Assembly: GCA_001512965.1 (NCBI GenBank) | Contig: LFRW01000043.1 | Span: 23,287 to 87,286, forward strand | From: Methanomicrobia archaeon DTU008 | Lineage (GTDB): Archaea; Thermoplasmatota; Thermoplasmata; Methanomassiliicoccales; Methanomassiliicoccaceae | Direction of reading: 5' to 3' | DNA length: 64,000 bases | Shown: piece after piece, positions 34,096 through 43,893 of the stretch | Position numbering within the stretch: position 1 is the first letter of the stretch | Layout: every line of letters begins with the position of its first letter | Made by a program: the position numbers and the translations under genes | Notes under the pieces: generated by a model | Database searches by the model: none | Told to the model about the DNA's origin: nothing | Seen by the model: the letters and a program-made list of their open reading frames with translations, nothing else

Positions 34096-34559
34096 ACGAT
34101 TTCTCCATCTCCCACGGCAGCTGGAAGAAGGGTGCGCTTGCCGCGGTGGGCGGCGTGATCAAGTACGTTGTCGTACCCATCCTGATAGTGTTGGGCATGA
34201 TCACCGTCATGGAGCGCGCCGGCGTCGAGGAACTGATAGAATCGCTTGGCCTTCGATCGCTGGTGATGCAGGTGGCGATCCTGGGCGAAGTGGTGGCGGC
34301 CCTATCGTTCTTCCGGGGATTCTATCCCAAGGGCTCGTTGTCCCGCATGACCTTCGGAGTCATCAGCATGGCCGCCGCAGGCGTTTGGCTGTGGACCATC
34401 GTAAAGGGCGGAGACATCGCCCTAACAAGCGGGGAGCTGGACCTGGGGGTCCGGTACACGAGCATCGTGCTGCTGCTCCTCGTTGCAGTGGCACTGCGCG
34501 GAGGATACTATGTTGCAGAGATGCTCTCACATCGCAAGGAGTGGCTTGACACGCTGTAG
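34086..34559 (+). CDS. 4-TM membrane protein, hypothetical
   Basis: Four hydrophobic segments. Overlaps the upstream gene by 10 nt, suggesting an operon. Confidence 0.5.
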   Translation: MAMNDFSISHGSWKKGALAAVGGVIKYVVVPILIVLGMITVMERAGVEELIESLGLRSLVMQVAILGEVVAALSFFRGFYPKGSLSRMTFGVISMAAAGVWLWTIVKGGDIALTSGELDLGVRYTSIVLLLLVAVALRGGYYVAEMLSHRKEWLDTL

Positions 34560-34661
34560 CCAGCATGAACTGGAACATCGAGCGTACGGGGATGGAGCGT
34601 TCTAGGAAAGACAGATATACTTACTTGGAGCTTGACGCCAACACAAGGGGGCACTCGATCA

Positions 34662-35387
34662 ATGGGTATTAGCATCGCGATCTGTGAGCTCGACAGCGAC
34701 GAGTCATTATGCAAGAAAGGAAAGTTGACCATACTGAAGGCGCGCCTCGATGATGTATCCGGTTACGAGGCTATCGCCGATTATGATGAGGTCGTGCCCA
34801 CCGCCGAGGCCAGGCGTCTGCTTGGAGGCGAATGGGAAGCGTTCCTGAAGAGGAACCGCATCGATGGCGAAGGTGAGAGCTTCCTCCTTAGCAAGGTGAA
34901 GAACGAGGCCGACTCCGCAAGATTGAAGGACGTGGCCCGCAAGGAGTACAGCGGCTGGATCGACCTCTCCCAGCTTCCGCCCGAAGAAGCGGAGGCCGTG
35001 ATGAAGAAGGCGGGAGAGGACAACCTGATGAGCGAGTGGAACACCATACCCCTGGACGAGACCAATGAGATCTGCGCCAGGTGCGTCATGTCCTGGGACA
35101 AGGGCCGCGGATGCATCGGCAACTTCGGGCCAGAGAATTCTCAGCTTCCCGACATCGCTAAGAAATACGATTGCGAGATCGTGGCATCGGTTCCGGAATT
35201 GGCCAAGAGCGGGAAGAAGCTAAGCCCCGAGGAAGCCAGGCGTCTGTCCGAGGAGTGCAAGGTCTTGAGGGAGAAGTTGCCCGAGGAGGGCAAGGGTCCA
35301 GCGCGCCGCTACGGCGGGGTGGTGGATCGCCTGGAGACCGTGGCAGACCTCTGCGCCGCCAAGGGCGTCCGCATATATTTCCTGTGA
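34662..35387 (+). CDS. hypothetical cytoplasmic protein
   Basis: Charged, helical ORF with CARCVMSWDKGRGCIGNFGP. No family recognised. Start taken at MGISIAICELD. Confidence 0.45.
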   Translation: MGISIAICELDSDESLCKKGKLTILKARLDDVSGYEAIADYDEVVPTAEARRLLGGEWEAFLKRNRIDGEGESFLLSKVKNEADSARLKDVARKEYSGWIDLSQLPPEEAEAVMKKAGEDNLMSEWNTIPLDETNEICARCVMSWDKGRGCIGNFGPENSQLPDIAKKYDCEIVASVPELAKSGKKLSPEEARRLSEECKVLREKLPEEGKGPARRYGGVVDRLETVADLCAAKGVRIYFL

Positions 35388-35396
35388 GGTAATGGC

Positions 35397-35753
35397 TTGC
35401 CTTCAGATCATGTCGACCATACCGTCAGGGAGATATTCTTCGCCAGGGCCTTCAGGTCAGGCTTCCTCAAGCTCGCCATCCTTCGGCTGGTGGCGACGAA
35501 GCCCATGCACGGATATGCCATCATGAAGGAGATCGAGAGGCTGACCTGTTCCGATTGGAGGCCAAGCCCTGGCTCCATCTACCCCACGCTGCAGGAGCTG
35601 GAGGACAACGGGCTCCTCTCCCAGCATGTCGAGGGACGCAAGCATATCTATGAGGTGACATCGCTCGGGGCCGACGTCCTGGCGGCGGCGTTGGAGTACA
35701 CTCGTGAAGGCATAACGACCCTTCAGAAGATCCTAGATTACCGGCCCGAATGA
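35397..35753 (+). CDS. PadR family transcriptional regulator (TTG start)
   Basis: LKLAILRLVATKPMHGYAIMKEIE...GSIYPTLQELEDNGLL. The TTG at 35397 lies 6 nt after GAGGT. Confidence 0.8.
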   Translation: MPSDHVDHTVREIFFARAFRSGFLKLAILRLVATKPMHGYAIMKEIERLTCSDWRPSPGSIYPTLQELEDNGLLSQHVEGRKHIYEVTSLGADVLAAALEYTREGITTLQKILDYRPE

Positions 35754-36478
35754 CCTAGGCGGGAACAGGCCGGGCACTCCCTTGCGCGGCCGATGTCCAC
35801 CACATCCCAGTATTGAGAGCTCAGGTCGCCTATCAACATCCTTGATTCAAGGGGCTGGCCGATGCCGGTGATGAGCTTGATGGCCTCTCCGGCCTGAATG
35901 CAACCGAAAGTGCCGGCCGTGACGCCGATTATCGGTATGAGCCTGTCGTTAGGCGGAACGCGCGGATAAAGGCAGGCAAGGCACGGCGTTCTACCTGGCC
36001 TCAACACCGTAACCTGCCCATGCCACCCTTCCACGGCGGCATGGACGACCGTCGTCCCGGTCCTCAGGGCATGATCGTTCAGATCCAGCCTGGCGGACAC
36101 GCTGTCCAGGCAATCCATGATCATGTCGCATCCCTCGAACACGGTCGCTATGTTCTCGGGCGACACCTTGACCGCCTCTGTCACCACTTCTACGCCGGGG
36201 TTCAGCGCGGTGAGCTTGGCGGCCGCCGACTCCACCTTGCTCCTTCTTCCGACGTCTTCGGTCCAGTGCAACACCTGGCGGTTCAGGTTGCTCTCCTCCG
36301 GCACTTGAGGGTCGGCGAGCACCAGGCGCCCTACCCCCGCAGCGGCGAGATACATCGAGACGGGGCTGCCCAGGCCACCCACGCCCATCACTCCCACCGT
36401 GGCGCCTGAAAGCTTCCTCTGCCCTTCCTCCCCCATCCCTGGGATGATCGTCTGGCGGACATAGCGGTCGGCGGTCAT
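35738..36478 (-). CDS. ThiF/MoeB/UbaA-type E1-like adenylyltransferase
   Basis: RYVRQ, VGVMGVGGLGSPVSMYLAAAGVGRL, SNLNRQ, the CLACLYP...CPAC zinc site. Confidence 0.8.
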   Translation of the reverse strand: MTADRYVRQTIIPGMGEEGQRKLSGATVGVMGVGGLGSPVSMYLAAAGVGRLVLADPQVPEESNLNRQVLHWTEDVGRRSKVESAAAKLTALNPGVEVVTEAVKVSPENIATVFEGCDMIMDCLDSVSARLDLNDHALRTGTTVVHAAVEGWHGQVTVLRPGRTPCLACLYPRVPPNDRLIPIIGVTAGTFGCIQAGEAIKLITGIGQPLESRMLIGDLSSQYWDVVDIGRARECPACSRLGHSGR

Positions 36479-36631
36479 GCCCCTGCAATGTCATCAGGAT
36501 AAATCATCATTGCGAACGATACCGTGTCGTTGCCCAATATATCGAGGGCCAGCATCTGAAATCGGAACGATTCTACTCGATGGAAAAATGGTTAAGTATG
36601 GTGCGGATGGTACCGACACGGTCACTTCATT

Positions 36632-37549
36632 ATGAGCGATGTTATCACTGTTAGAGGGCTCGTCAAGCGATACGGGGACCTCCGCGCGGTCGACGGTATC
36701 GATCTGGACGTAAGGAGCGGGGAGGTGTTCTCCATCCTAGGCCCGAACGGAGCCGGGAAGACCACCACCGTGGAGATCCTGGAATGCATTAGAAAGGCCA
36801 CGAGCGGGGAGGTCAACATCCTGGGGCATGACCTTGGCAACGGGAGCAAGGAGATCAAGAAGGAGATCGGAGTGCTGCCCCAGCAGTTCAACGCCTTCGA
36901 ACTGCTCACTACAAGGGAGAACATCGCCTTCTTCGCGAACATGTTCGACCGGAGAGTGGACATCGACGAGCTCATCGCCCTTGTGGACCTGGAGCACAAG
37001 AGGGACACTTACTTCAAGAACCTGTCCGGCGGGCTGAAACAGAGGGTCGGCATCGCGATAGCCATGGTGAACGACCCCAAGATAGTCTTCCTGGACGAGC
37101 CGACCACCGGCCTTGACCCCAAGGCCCGGAGGGAGGTCTGGGATGTGATCAAGGGTTTGCGGGCCAAGGGAAGGACCATCATACTCACGACCCACTACAT
37201 GGAGGAGGCCGAGGTCCTCTCGGACAGGCTAGCCATCATGAACGGGGGAAAGTTCATCGCGATGGGGAGCCCGAGGGAGGTCGTGGAGCAGCACGGCGGC
37301 GGCAGATCGTGCATAGTTCGCGGAGGCGGCGATGCGGCCATGCGTTCCCTCCAGGACATGATGCCGCGGCAGAACGACGGTGACGTGTCGGTATCCATAG
37401 CGGACAAGGGCGATCTGGTCCGCATCGTGTCGGCCCTCGAGCGCGACAATGTCCCATACGATGAGATCATGCTGAAACGACCATCGCTGGAGGATGTCTT
37501 CCTCAAGCTCACCGGTAGAAGGATCGAGGAAGGTGATGTCAGTGGTTAA
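36632..37549 (+). CDS. ABC transporter ATP-binding protein (ABC-2/DrrA type)
   Basis: [28 protein letters not shown]. Confidence 0.88.
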   Translation: MSDVITVRGLVKRYGDLRAVDGIDLDVRSGEVFSILGPNGAGKTTTVEILECIRKATSGEVNILGHDLGNGSKEIKKEIGVLPQQFNAFELLTTRENIAFFANMFDRRVDIDELIALVDLEHKRDTYFKNLSGGLKQRVGIAIAMVNDPKIVFLDEPTTGLDPKARREVWDVIKGLRAKGRTIILTTHYMEEAEVLSDRLAIMNGGKFIAMGSPREVVEQHGGGRSCIVRGGGDAAMRSLQDMMPRQNDGDVSVSIADKGDLVRIVSALERDNVPYDEIMLKRPSLEDVFLKLTGRRIEEGDVSG

Positions 37550-38630
37550 TCGCGTCAAAACGGTCTTCGCCGGCCTGGCCAAGCAGTTCTTCCGCAGCCC
37601 TGGCTCGGTGTTCTGGACCATCGCCTTCCCGGTGATGCTCATCCTGATATTCGGCGCCATCTTCGCTGGAACCGGAGCCTCATCGTTCGATCTGTACCTA
37701 CAGGACCGCGATGACACCATTGCCTCCAGCGAGTTCATCAAGGGCCTGGAGGCCACGGGGGTCTTGAACATCCATATGGTCCCTGCGGATGAGGATGTCG
37801 ACGCCTTCATAGAGCGCAACTCGATCGCGAACATGCTGATCATACCGGAGGGCTTCGAGGATGCGATAATCTCTGGATCCTCCACCGAGCTGATATTGCG
37901 CCAGGACACCACATCAGGCGCTTCGACCGCCGTATTTACGGCCGTCAACGCGGTGGCGCAGGAGGTCAACATCAACGCGACGGGCGGTAAGAAGATAGTG
38001 AGCGTGAGCCAGGGGAGCATAATCGGCAAGGACCTCTCCTACATCGACTTCTTCCTCCCGGGCACCATCGGCCTCATGGTCATGATGATTGCGGTGCAAT
38101 CCATCGTGGGCTACCAGACCAGGTACCGCAACACCGGCATATTCAGGAAGCTTGCCACGACGCCCATAAACAACGCTGAATGGCTGTTGGGCATGATGCT
38201 CTGGATGCTGGTGATGGTGGCCATATCGGTGGCGGCGATCATGATAACAGGCATACTGCTCTACGATGTGCGAATGTCCCTTGACGCCGTGTCCATCGCA
38301 ATGATCATGGCGGCCACGGGCCTGTTCACCGCGATTGGGATGATCATATCCCAGTTCGTCAGGGACGAGGAGGTGGCGGCCACCGCCGCCGGAGCCATCA
38401 CCTTCCCGATGATGTTCCTGGCCGGCTCGTTCTTCCCCCTGGAGAGCATGCCCAGCTACCTGCAGTCCTTCGCGCAGGTGCTGCCGCTGACATACGTGAA
38501 CAACGGGCTAAGGGACGCCATGGTGTATGGGAACGCCGCAGGCGCAATGGACAACTTCCTGATCGTCCTGGCGATGCTCGCGGTGGTGACCGTCATAACG
38601 ATCGCCATCTCCGGTTGGAAGAGGGAGTAG
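37536..38630 (+). CDS. ABC-2 type transporter permease
   Basis: One N-terminal TM, a large loop, then 5 TMs (GTIGLMVMMIA..., FPLESMPSYLQ). The ATG at 37536 overlaps the ATPase gene end. Confidence 0.8.
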   Translation: MSVVNRVKTVFAGLAKQFFRSPGSVFWTIAFPVMLILIFGAIFAGTGASSFDLYLQDRDDTIASSEFIKGLEATGVLNIHMVPADEDVDAFIERNSIANMLIIPEGFEDAIISGSSTELILRQDTTSGASTAVFTAVNAVAQEVNINATGGKKIVSVSQGSIIGKDLSYIDFFLPGTIGLMVMMIAVQSIVGYQTRYRNTGIFRKLATTPINNAEWLLGMMLWMLVMVAISVAAIMITGILLYDVRMSLDAVSIAMIMAATGLFTAIGMIISQFVRDEEVAATAAGAITFPMMFLAGSFFPLESMPSYLQSFAQVLPLTYVNNGLRDAMVYGNAAGAMDNFLIVLAMLAVVTVITIAISGWKRE

Positions 38631-38637
38631 GCAGCCC

Positions 38638-39567
38638 TCAGACCTCTTCCAGCGCCGCGGCGAGATCGTCGGGAAGGTCATCGGGGCAACCATGTCCCAT
38701 ACCTTCGACGACGCGTATCTCGTTATCCACGCCGGCATCGTCCAGCAGGGAGCCGAGGCGGGCCAAGCGCTCAAGGCACTCCTCGTCGCGCTCGCCGACG
38801 ACGATGCGGACCCTTACCCCCTTCAACGTCTCAGGGCGGAAGGCCGTCCCGTCTAGGACTGGCAGTCTTGGAGAGATCAAGAGGAGCGTGGATGCCTTCA
38901 CCCTCCCTTCCAGGATCGCCCTCATTATCACGTCGCAGCCGGAGGAGAAGCCCGCGAGGACTGTACGCTCCGGCGGGACGGAGAACCTTTCCTGAAGGGG
39001 ACGGAGGTGGCCTTCCAGCTCGGCGGCGCCCTTCTCCACGTCATCCCAGATGAACGCGTCGGAGAAGCTTTCCACCGACGATTGCGCCAGAGCGGCCACG
39101 CCGCCCATGTCCGCGGCGAATCTCCAGTACATCTCGCTGATGTCGTTGCTGCCCAGCTCGCCATGAAGTACGAGGAGCAGGAAGTCGTTGCTGCCCTCGG
39201 ACAGCATCCTAAGCCGGGGGGCGGCGCTCTGCCTCGCCTCCTCCTCCCTCTGGGCGCAGGTGTTCAAGACATCCTCGAACGCATCGAAGCGATGCAGAGG
39301 CTCCAGATCGGGATCCGAACGAAGGCGGTCCGGCGAGAGCCAGAGCCCCTTGTCCACGGCCTCCTGCATGATGGCGAGCGCGAGATTGAACTGTCCCATG
39401 CGGCTCGTCAATGAACATAGGCGATCGTAGATGTGCGCCACGTTGCCTCCCACCTTGTGCCCATGGAGGTTGAGGAGGCGTACGGCCTCCTGGTATCGCT
39501 CCTCCTTGTACAGTACGGCGACCTCATCGAGGAGCCGCAGGTATGTCATCTCCCGCCGTTCTTCCAT
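38638..39567 (-). CDS. alpha/beta hydrolase (carboxylesterase/dienelactone hydrolase-like) with N-terminal helical repeat region
   Basis: Nucleophile elbow GFSSG, LLLVLHG, and a late GHGCP histidine. Confidence 0.6.
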   Translation of the reverse strand: MEERREMTYLRLLDEVAVLYKEERYQEAVRLLNLHGHKVGGNVAHIYDRLCSLTSRMGQFNLALAIMQEAVDKGLWLSPDRLRSDPDLEPLHRFDAFEDVLNTCAQREEEARQSAAPRLRMLSEGSNDFLLLVLHGELGSNDISEMYWRFAADMGGVAALAQSSVESFSDAFIWDDVEKGAAELEGHLRPLQERFSVPPERTVLAGFSSGCDVIMRAILEGRVKASTLLLISPRLPVLDGTAFRPETLKGVRVRIVVGERDEECLERLARLGSLLDDAGVDNEIRVVEGMGHGCPDDLPDDLAAALEEV

Positions 39568-39571
39568 GCCC

Positions 39572-40594
39572 TCACTTCCATCGTACGAGGATCTCCTCCC
39601 TCTGGAAGGTCTTCAGCGTCAGGTAGGCGATCCCCACGTCCACCAGACCGATCGCCCCGCTGATGGCCAGCATGACGAGCGGTCCGAGGGTGAACAGTCC
39701 GGACAGGGAGATAACGAACAGCGCCACCACCGGCAGGACGACCAATGAACCGATCTGCTGGGAGGCCCGCACGTCGCTGACGCGTGACGATACGATCACG
39801 TTCAGGGCGATGGACATGACGCAGAACAGCGGGGCCAGGACGAACACCCCGATGAGCCATGTCAGGTCGGGCAGGGGCGCATGGCCTATGATGGGCGTGG
39901 CAAGGAAGTTCACCAGCAGGACGAACGGTATGAACGAGAGCCACGTGACCAGCATGGTGGGCAGGAATATCGAGAGGCTCTTTCCTGCCAGCAGCTCGGC
40001 GTCCGTGGTCGGCGTTGCCAGAAGAGGCTCCAGGCTGCGGTTAAGCTTCTCGCCAACGAAGGTGTAGGACGCGATGACCGTCGGTACGATGGCCGGGATG
40101 AGGATGAAGAACAGCATCAGGAAGCCTATGAACTGGAACAGGAACCCTTCCTGCTCCGTGTCCTCACCCAGGATGCGGGTGTCCGATCCCACCGAACCGT
40201 CGAACGTGACGTTCAGAACGTTGGAACGCATGACCGCCCCGTTGATCACGGTGGTGTTCGCCACATGCGACGATCGAACAAGGCTTGACCGGATCTCGCA
40301 TGATTCGAAGCGGCAGTTCTCGGCCACGACGTTCTCGAGGTTGCAGTTGATGAACGTGACATTGGCAAACGTGCCTTCGTTGAAGGTCTCCCCTATCCTG
40401 ATGTCGGTGTCAGGGATGTTGATATCGAACGGCTCGTTCGGCTGGGCGAACATTGTGAAGGGTGCGAGATAGATCGTTGGGAGGACCACTGCGATCAAGA
40501 TGGGCATCAGCACCAGCGAGTAGATGATGTATTTATTGGTGCGGAACTCGGACATGTCCTTCCTGGCCACGGTCCAGATGCGGTCCAGTCTCAT
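39572..40594 (-). CDS. ABC-2 type permease with pentapeptide-repeat extracytoplasmic loop
   Basis: TM1, then about 12 consecutive 5-residue repeats (FANVT FINCN LENVV AENCR FESCE IRSSL VRSSH VANTT VINGA VMRSN VLNVT), then 5 TMs. Overlaps the ATPase gene by 4 nt. Confidence 0.75.
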   Translation of the reverse strand: MRLDRIWTVARKDMSEFRTNKYIIYSLVLMPILIAVVLPTIYLAPFTMFAQPNEPFDINIPDTDIRIGETFNEGTFANVTFINCNLENVVAENCRFESCEIRSSLVRSSHVANTTVINGAVMRSNVLNVTFDGSVGSDTRILGEDTEQEGFLFQFIGFLMLFFILIPAIVPTVIASYTFVGEKLNRSLEPLLATPTTDAELLAGKSLSIFLPTMLVTWLSFIPFVLLVNFLATPIIGHAPLPDLTWLIGVFVLAPLFCVMSIALNVIVSSRVSDVRASQQIGSLVVLPVVALFVISLSGLFTLGPLVMLAISGAIGLVDVGIAYLTLKTFQREEILVRWK

Positions 40595-41514
40595 CTCCTT
40601 TCCCCCAGCAGCTTGATGTATACATCCTCAAGCCCGCGCTTCAGCTCGCCCATGGACAACACCTCGCCGCCCATGTTGACCAGGGTCTTCGTGATCAGAG
40701 GGTTGACGTCTTCGGGGTATCCGACATCGACCAGCATCGCCGACCCTTCCTGCTTCACGCCGGTGACGCCAGGGAGAGAGCTCACGGCATCTATCATACC
40801 TGGAGCGATGTGGCGGAGCCTCACCACGGTGGTGTTTCCCCAGAACATTCCCGAAAGTTCGTCCGGGGTGCCGACGGCGAGCAGTCTAGTGCTCATCACG
40901 CCGACGCGGTCGCACAGACGGGCGGCGTCATCCAGGTTATGTGTATTGATGAATATGGTGCGCCCTTCCTTCTTTAGGTCCAGCAGGTAATTGCGTACTG
41001 TGAGGGATGCTTCGGGATCCAGACCGGAGGTGGGCTCGTCCAGGAAGAGATAGTCGGGCTCATGGACAAGGGCTCGGGCCATGGCGATCTTCTGCTTCAT
41101 CCCCTTTGAGAACTTGCCCACCGGATCGTCCCTTCGCTCCCACATGCCCAGTGTTTGAAGCAGCTTCTGTATGCGCTCCTCCCTTACTCCTTTCGGCACG
41201 TCGTACAGCTGGGCGTAGAAGTCCAGGTTGCGGTACGCCGACAACGACTCGTACAGGCCAGGCATCTCGGGCAGCAGCCCTATCTTGCCCCGTATCATCA
41301 GCGCCTCCTCCGGCTTCGAGATGTCCAAGCCGTGGATGTGCGCCGAGCCGGACGTGGGGGCGATAAGGCAACATAGCATCCTGACGGTGGTGGTCTTTCC
41401 CGCGCCGTTCGGGCCAATGAAACCGAAGACCTCGCCATCTCGTATCTTCAAGTTCAGATCGTCGACGGCGGTGATGGTTCCAAATTTTCGTGTGAGCCCT
41501 CGTGTCTCGATCAT
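40591..41514 (-). CDS. ABC transporter ATP-binding protein
   Basis: GPNGAGKTT, FSKGMKQK, LFLDEPTSGLD, with the start at MIETRGLTRKFG. Confidence 0.88.
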   Translation of the reverse strand: MIETRGLTRKFGTITAVDDLNLKIRDGEVFGFIGPNGAGKTTTVRMLCCLIAPTSGSAHIHGLDISKPEEALMIRGKIGLLPEMPGLYESLSAYRNLDFYAQLYDVPKGVREERIQKLLQTLGMWERRDDPVGKFSKGMKQKIAMARALVHEPDYLFLDEPTSGLDPEASLTVRNYLLDLKKEGRTIFINTHNLDDAARLCDRVGVMSTRLLAVGTPDELSGMFWGNTTVVRLRHIAPGMIDAVSSLPGVTGVKQEGSAMLVDVGYPEDVNPLITKTLVNMGGEVLSMGELKRGLEDVYIKLLGERR

Positions 41515-41552
41515 CCGTTCACCAAGATGGCAGTACAACGGGAAGGAGGGCT

Positions 41553-42149
41553 TTAAGGATGATTATCGGTCGCGCCCTCCGCCGGCGCACTGGCGATCTG
41601 CCGCCTCAGGTCCTCCAGGTTGATGTCCAGCATGATCATGTCCCCCATCGCTCGGATGTCCACGGTGCGCACCGGCACAAGGGGAGCGTTGAGGAGGCTC
41701 TGCTGCAGATCGAGCGCTGACACCGCCTCGCGGTCCAGCTTCACCTGGAGAAACCGGATCGGCCAATCCCCCTGGGGGTCGAAGAGGATGTTGTCGACCG
41801 TCCCGAGGCTGCGGGCATTGCGGCATATCACCCTCATGCCCAGGAGGCCTCCCACCGGGATCAGGGAGCTATCGTCTTGCCGGACCGTCTCGCTGACGGA
41901 GGAGACGGGCGTGTGCATGATGACCGTGTCGGAGACCATATCGACGAATTCGGTGGACATCATGATCTTCTCCACGGAGAACATGTGGCGCCTTACCCCC
42001 AGTTGCTCCTCCAGTCCCCGGCGGAGCCCGACGCGGAGGGCCTTGATGCGCCAGTCCTTCACGTCGATGCCTACCCCCTCCACCGTCCCCACCACCCTGG
42101 CGTCCGAGCTGACCACTTCAAGGCCTATTATGTCCTCCAGACCCAGCAT
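41553..42149 (-). CDS. tandem PRC-barrel domain protein
   Basis: Two repeats of the pattern GLEVVSSDARVVGTVEGVGIDVKDWRI / GMRVICRNARSLGTVDNILFDPQGDWPI. Confidence 0.7.
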   Translation of the reverse strand: MLGLEDIIGLEVVSSDARVVGTVEGVGIDVKDWRIKALRVGLRRGLEEQLGVRRHMFSVEKIMMSTEFVDMVSDTVIMHTPVSSVSETVRQDDSSLIPVGGLLGMRVICRNARSLGTVDNILFDPQGDWPIRFLQVKLDREAVSALDLQQSLLNAPLVPVRTVDIRAMGDMIMLDINLEDLRRQIASAPAEGATDNHP

Positions 42150-42261
42150 TGAACGTTACAACGATGCTGCGTCCATATGAGGTTTTTGAGGATTCGGCTC
42201 CCTTCGGATGAGGTCTAGCGTATTCTCCAGCTCTACGGCGCGAGGCCTGGGGACGCTGATG

Positions 42262-43836
42262 TCAGTTCCGGATGACCGTTCGAGACTGTTCGCGCATGAA
42301 CTGGGGCAGGTAATAGCGGGAGCCGGTCCCCATGCCGGTCGAGCCTGACGCCTTCCATCCGGCGAAGGCCTGGGAGCCGACCATCGCCCCTGTCGTGGCA
42401 CCTCGCCGCCTGTTCACGTAGACCACGCCGGATTCGATCGTCTCGAGGAAGTAGCGTATTTCCGTCTCGTTCCTTGAGAAGAGACCGGCGGTGAGGCCGT
42501 ACTCCGAGGCGTTGCATCTCACGACCGCGTCCTGCAATGTGCGATAGCTCTGCGCGCAAAGGATCGGCACGAAGAGTTCGCGGCGCATCAGCTCATGCTC
42601 CTCCGGCAGCGACTCCACGATGGCCGGGCGTGCGAACAGGCCGTCGCCGCGTGCAGGGCTGGAGGCCTCCCCGCATATCGTCAGCTTTCCATCCCGGCGG
42701 GCCATCTCGATCCACCTGAGATAGTTGTCCATGGCGTTCCTCGTTATCACGGGCCCTATGTCGACCTCCCGCTCGAACGGGTCGCCCACCACCATCCTTG
42801 ATGCCCTCTCGATGAGCTTGGACATGAACGACCCGTAGACGGATTCGTGCACGTATACACGGGAGCATGCGGAGCACTTCTGCCCCGAGAACAGGAACGC
42901 CGATGCGGCCACGCCATCGGCCGCCGCATCCAGATCGGCCTCCCCGCTCACGATGACGGGGTTCTTCGACCCCAGCTCCGCTATGACCCTTCGTCCATCG
43001 GAGGCCGCCGACCGCATGATCCTCCTCCCCACGTCCAGGGACCCTGTGAAGGCGACGCCGTCGACCGCGCTTCCCAGCAGCGCCTCTCCCGTCTCGTTGC
43101 CGCCCCCGGCGACGAGGTTCAGCGCCCCGGGAGGGAGGCCAGCACGGTCCAGTATCTCGTAGAGCATGTGCACCGGCAAGGGCGCTGCGGACGAGGGTTT
43201 CACGACCACCGTGTTGCCCGTGATGAGCGCGCCGACCGTCATCCCGGTGCTTATGGCTAGGGGGAAGTTGAAAGGGCAGATGACCGCCCATACCCCATAT
43301 GGTCGAAGCGTGATCGAGATCTCTTCCTCCGGATAGGCGGGATCGGAAGTACGCTGGAAGCCATCGGTCCTCCTCATCTCCTCTGAATAATATGTGAGGA
43401 AGTCTATCGCCTCATCTACATCGGCCACCGCCTCGTGCCTCGTCTTCCCGTTGTCAAGCGTGATGGCGGCCGCCAGCTGGAACTTCTCCTCCCGCATCAG
43501 TTCCGCCGCCTTCTCGAAGATCTTCACGCGGTCGCCCCAATCCGTTCGCGACCACTCCAGGAACGCTTGCCTCGCCGAGCTCACGGCACGGGAGACCTCG
43601 TCCGAGGTCGAGCGTTGGAACCTTCCTACCAGGATGTCCGGGTGAGATGGACTGCGATCGTCGAATGTGTCGCGGGCCAGGCTGGGAGCGCCGTCGATAT
43701 GGTTGGGGTATACGATAGGAGCGCCCTTGACCGTTGTCAGAAGTTCGTCGGCCGCCTGCTCGTATGACGAGTGGTATTCCTCCTCCCGTCCTTCCGCCCT
43801 CATCCTCTCCCAAGTGAGCTCGCTCCTGAAGGTCAT
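42262..43836 (-). CDS. aldehyde dehydrogenase family protein (1-pyrroline-5-carboxylate dehydrogenase-like)
   Basis: 524 aa: FNFPLAI, VVKPSS, ELGSKNP, and the catalytic FSGQKCSACSR. Confidence 0.75.
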   Translation of the reverse strand: MTFRSELTWERMRAEGREEEYHSSYEQAADELLTTVKGAPIVYPNHIDGAPSLARDTFDDRSPSHPDILVGRFQRSTSDEVSRAVSSARQAFLEWSRTDWGDRVKIFEKAAELMREEKFQLAAAITLDNGKTRHEAVADVDEAIDFLTYYSEEMRRTDGFQRTSDPAYPEEEISITLRPYGVWAVICPFNFPLAISTGMTVGALITGNTVVVKPSSAAPLPVHMLYEILDRAGLPPGALNLVAGGGNETGEALLGSAVDGVAFTGSLDVGRRIMRSAASDGRRVIAELGSKNPVIVSGEADLDAAADGVAASAFLFSGQKCSACSRVYVHESVYGSFMSKLIERASRMVVGDPFEREVDIGPVITRNAMDNYLRWIEMARRDGKLTICGEASSPARGDGLFARPAIVESLPEEHELMRRELFVPILCAQSYRTLQDAVVRCNASEYGLTAGLFSRNETEIRYFLETIESGVVYVNRRRGATTGAMVGSQAFAGWKASGSTGMGTGSRYYLPQFMREQSRTVIRN

Positions 43837-43893
43837 GGAGTTAGGATTGATCTCCAGGATTGATATGGTTTCTTATCGGCCCGAGCGCGACGC

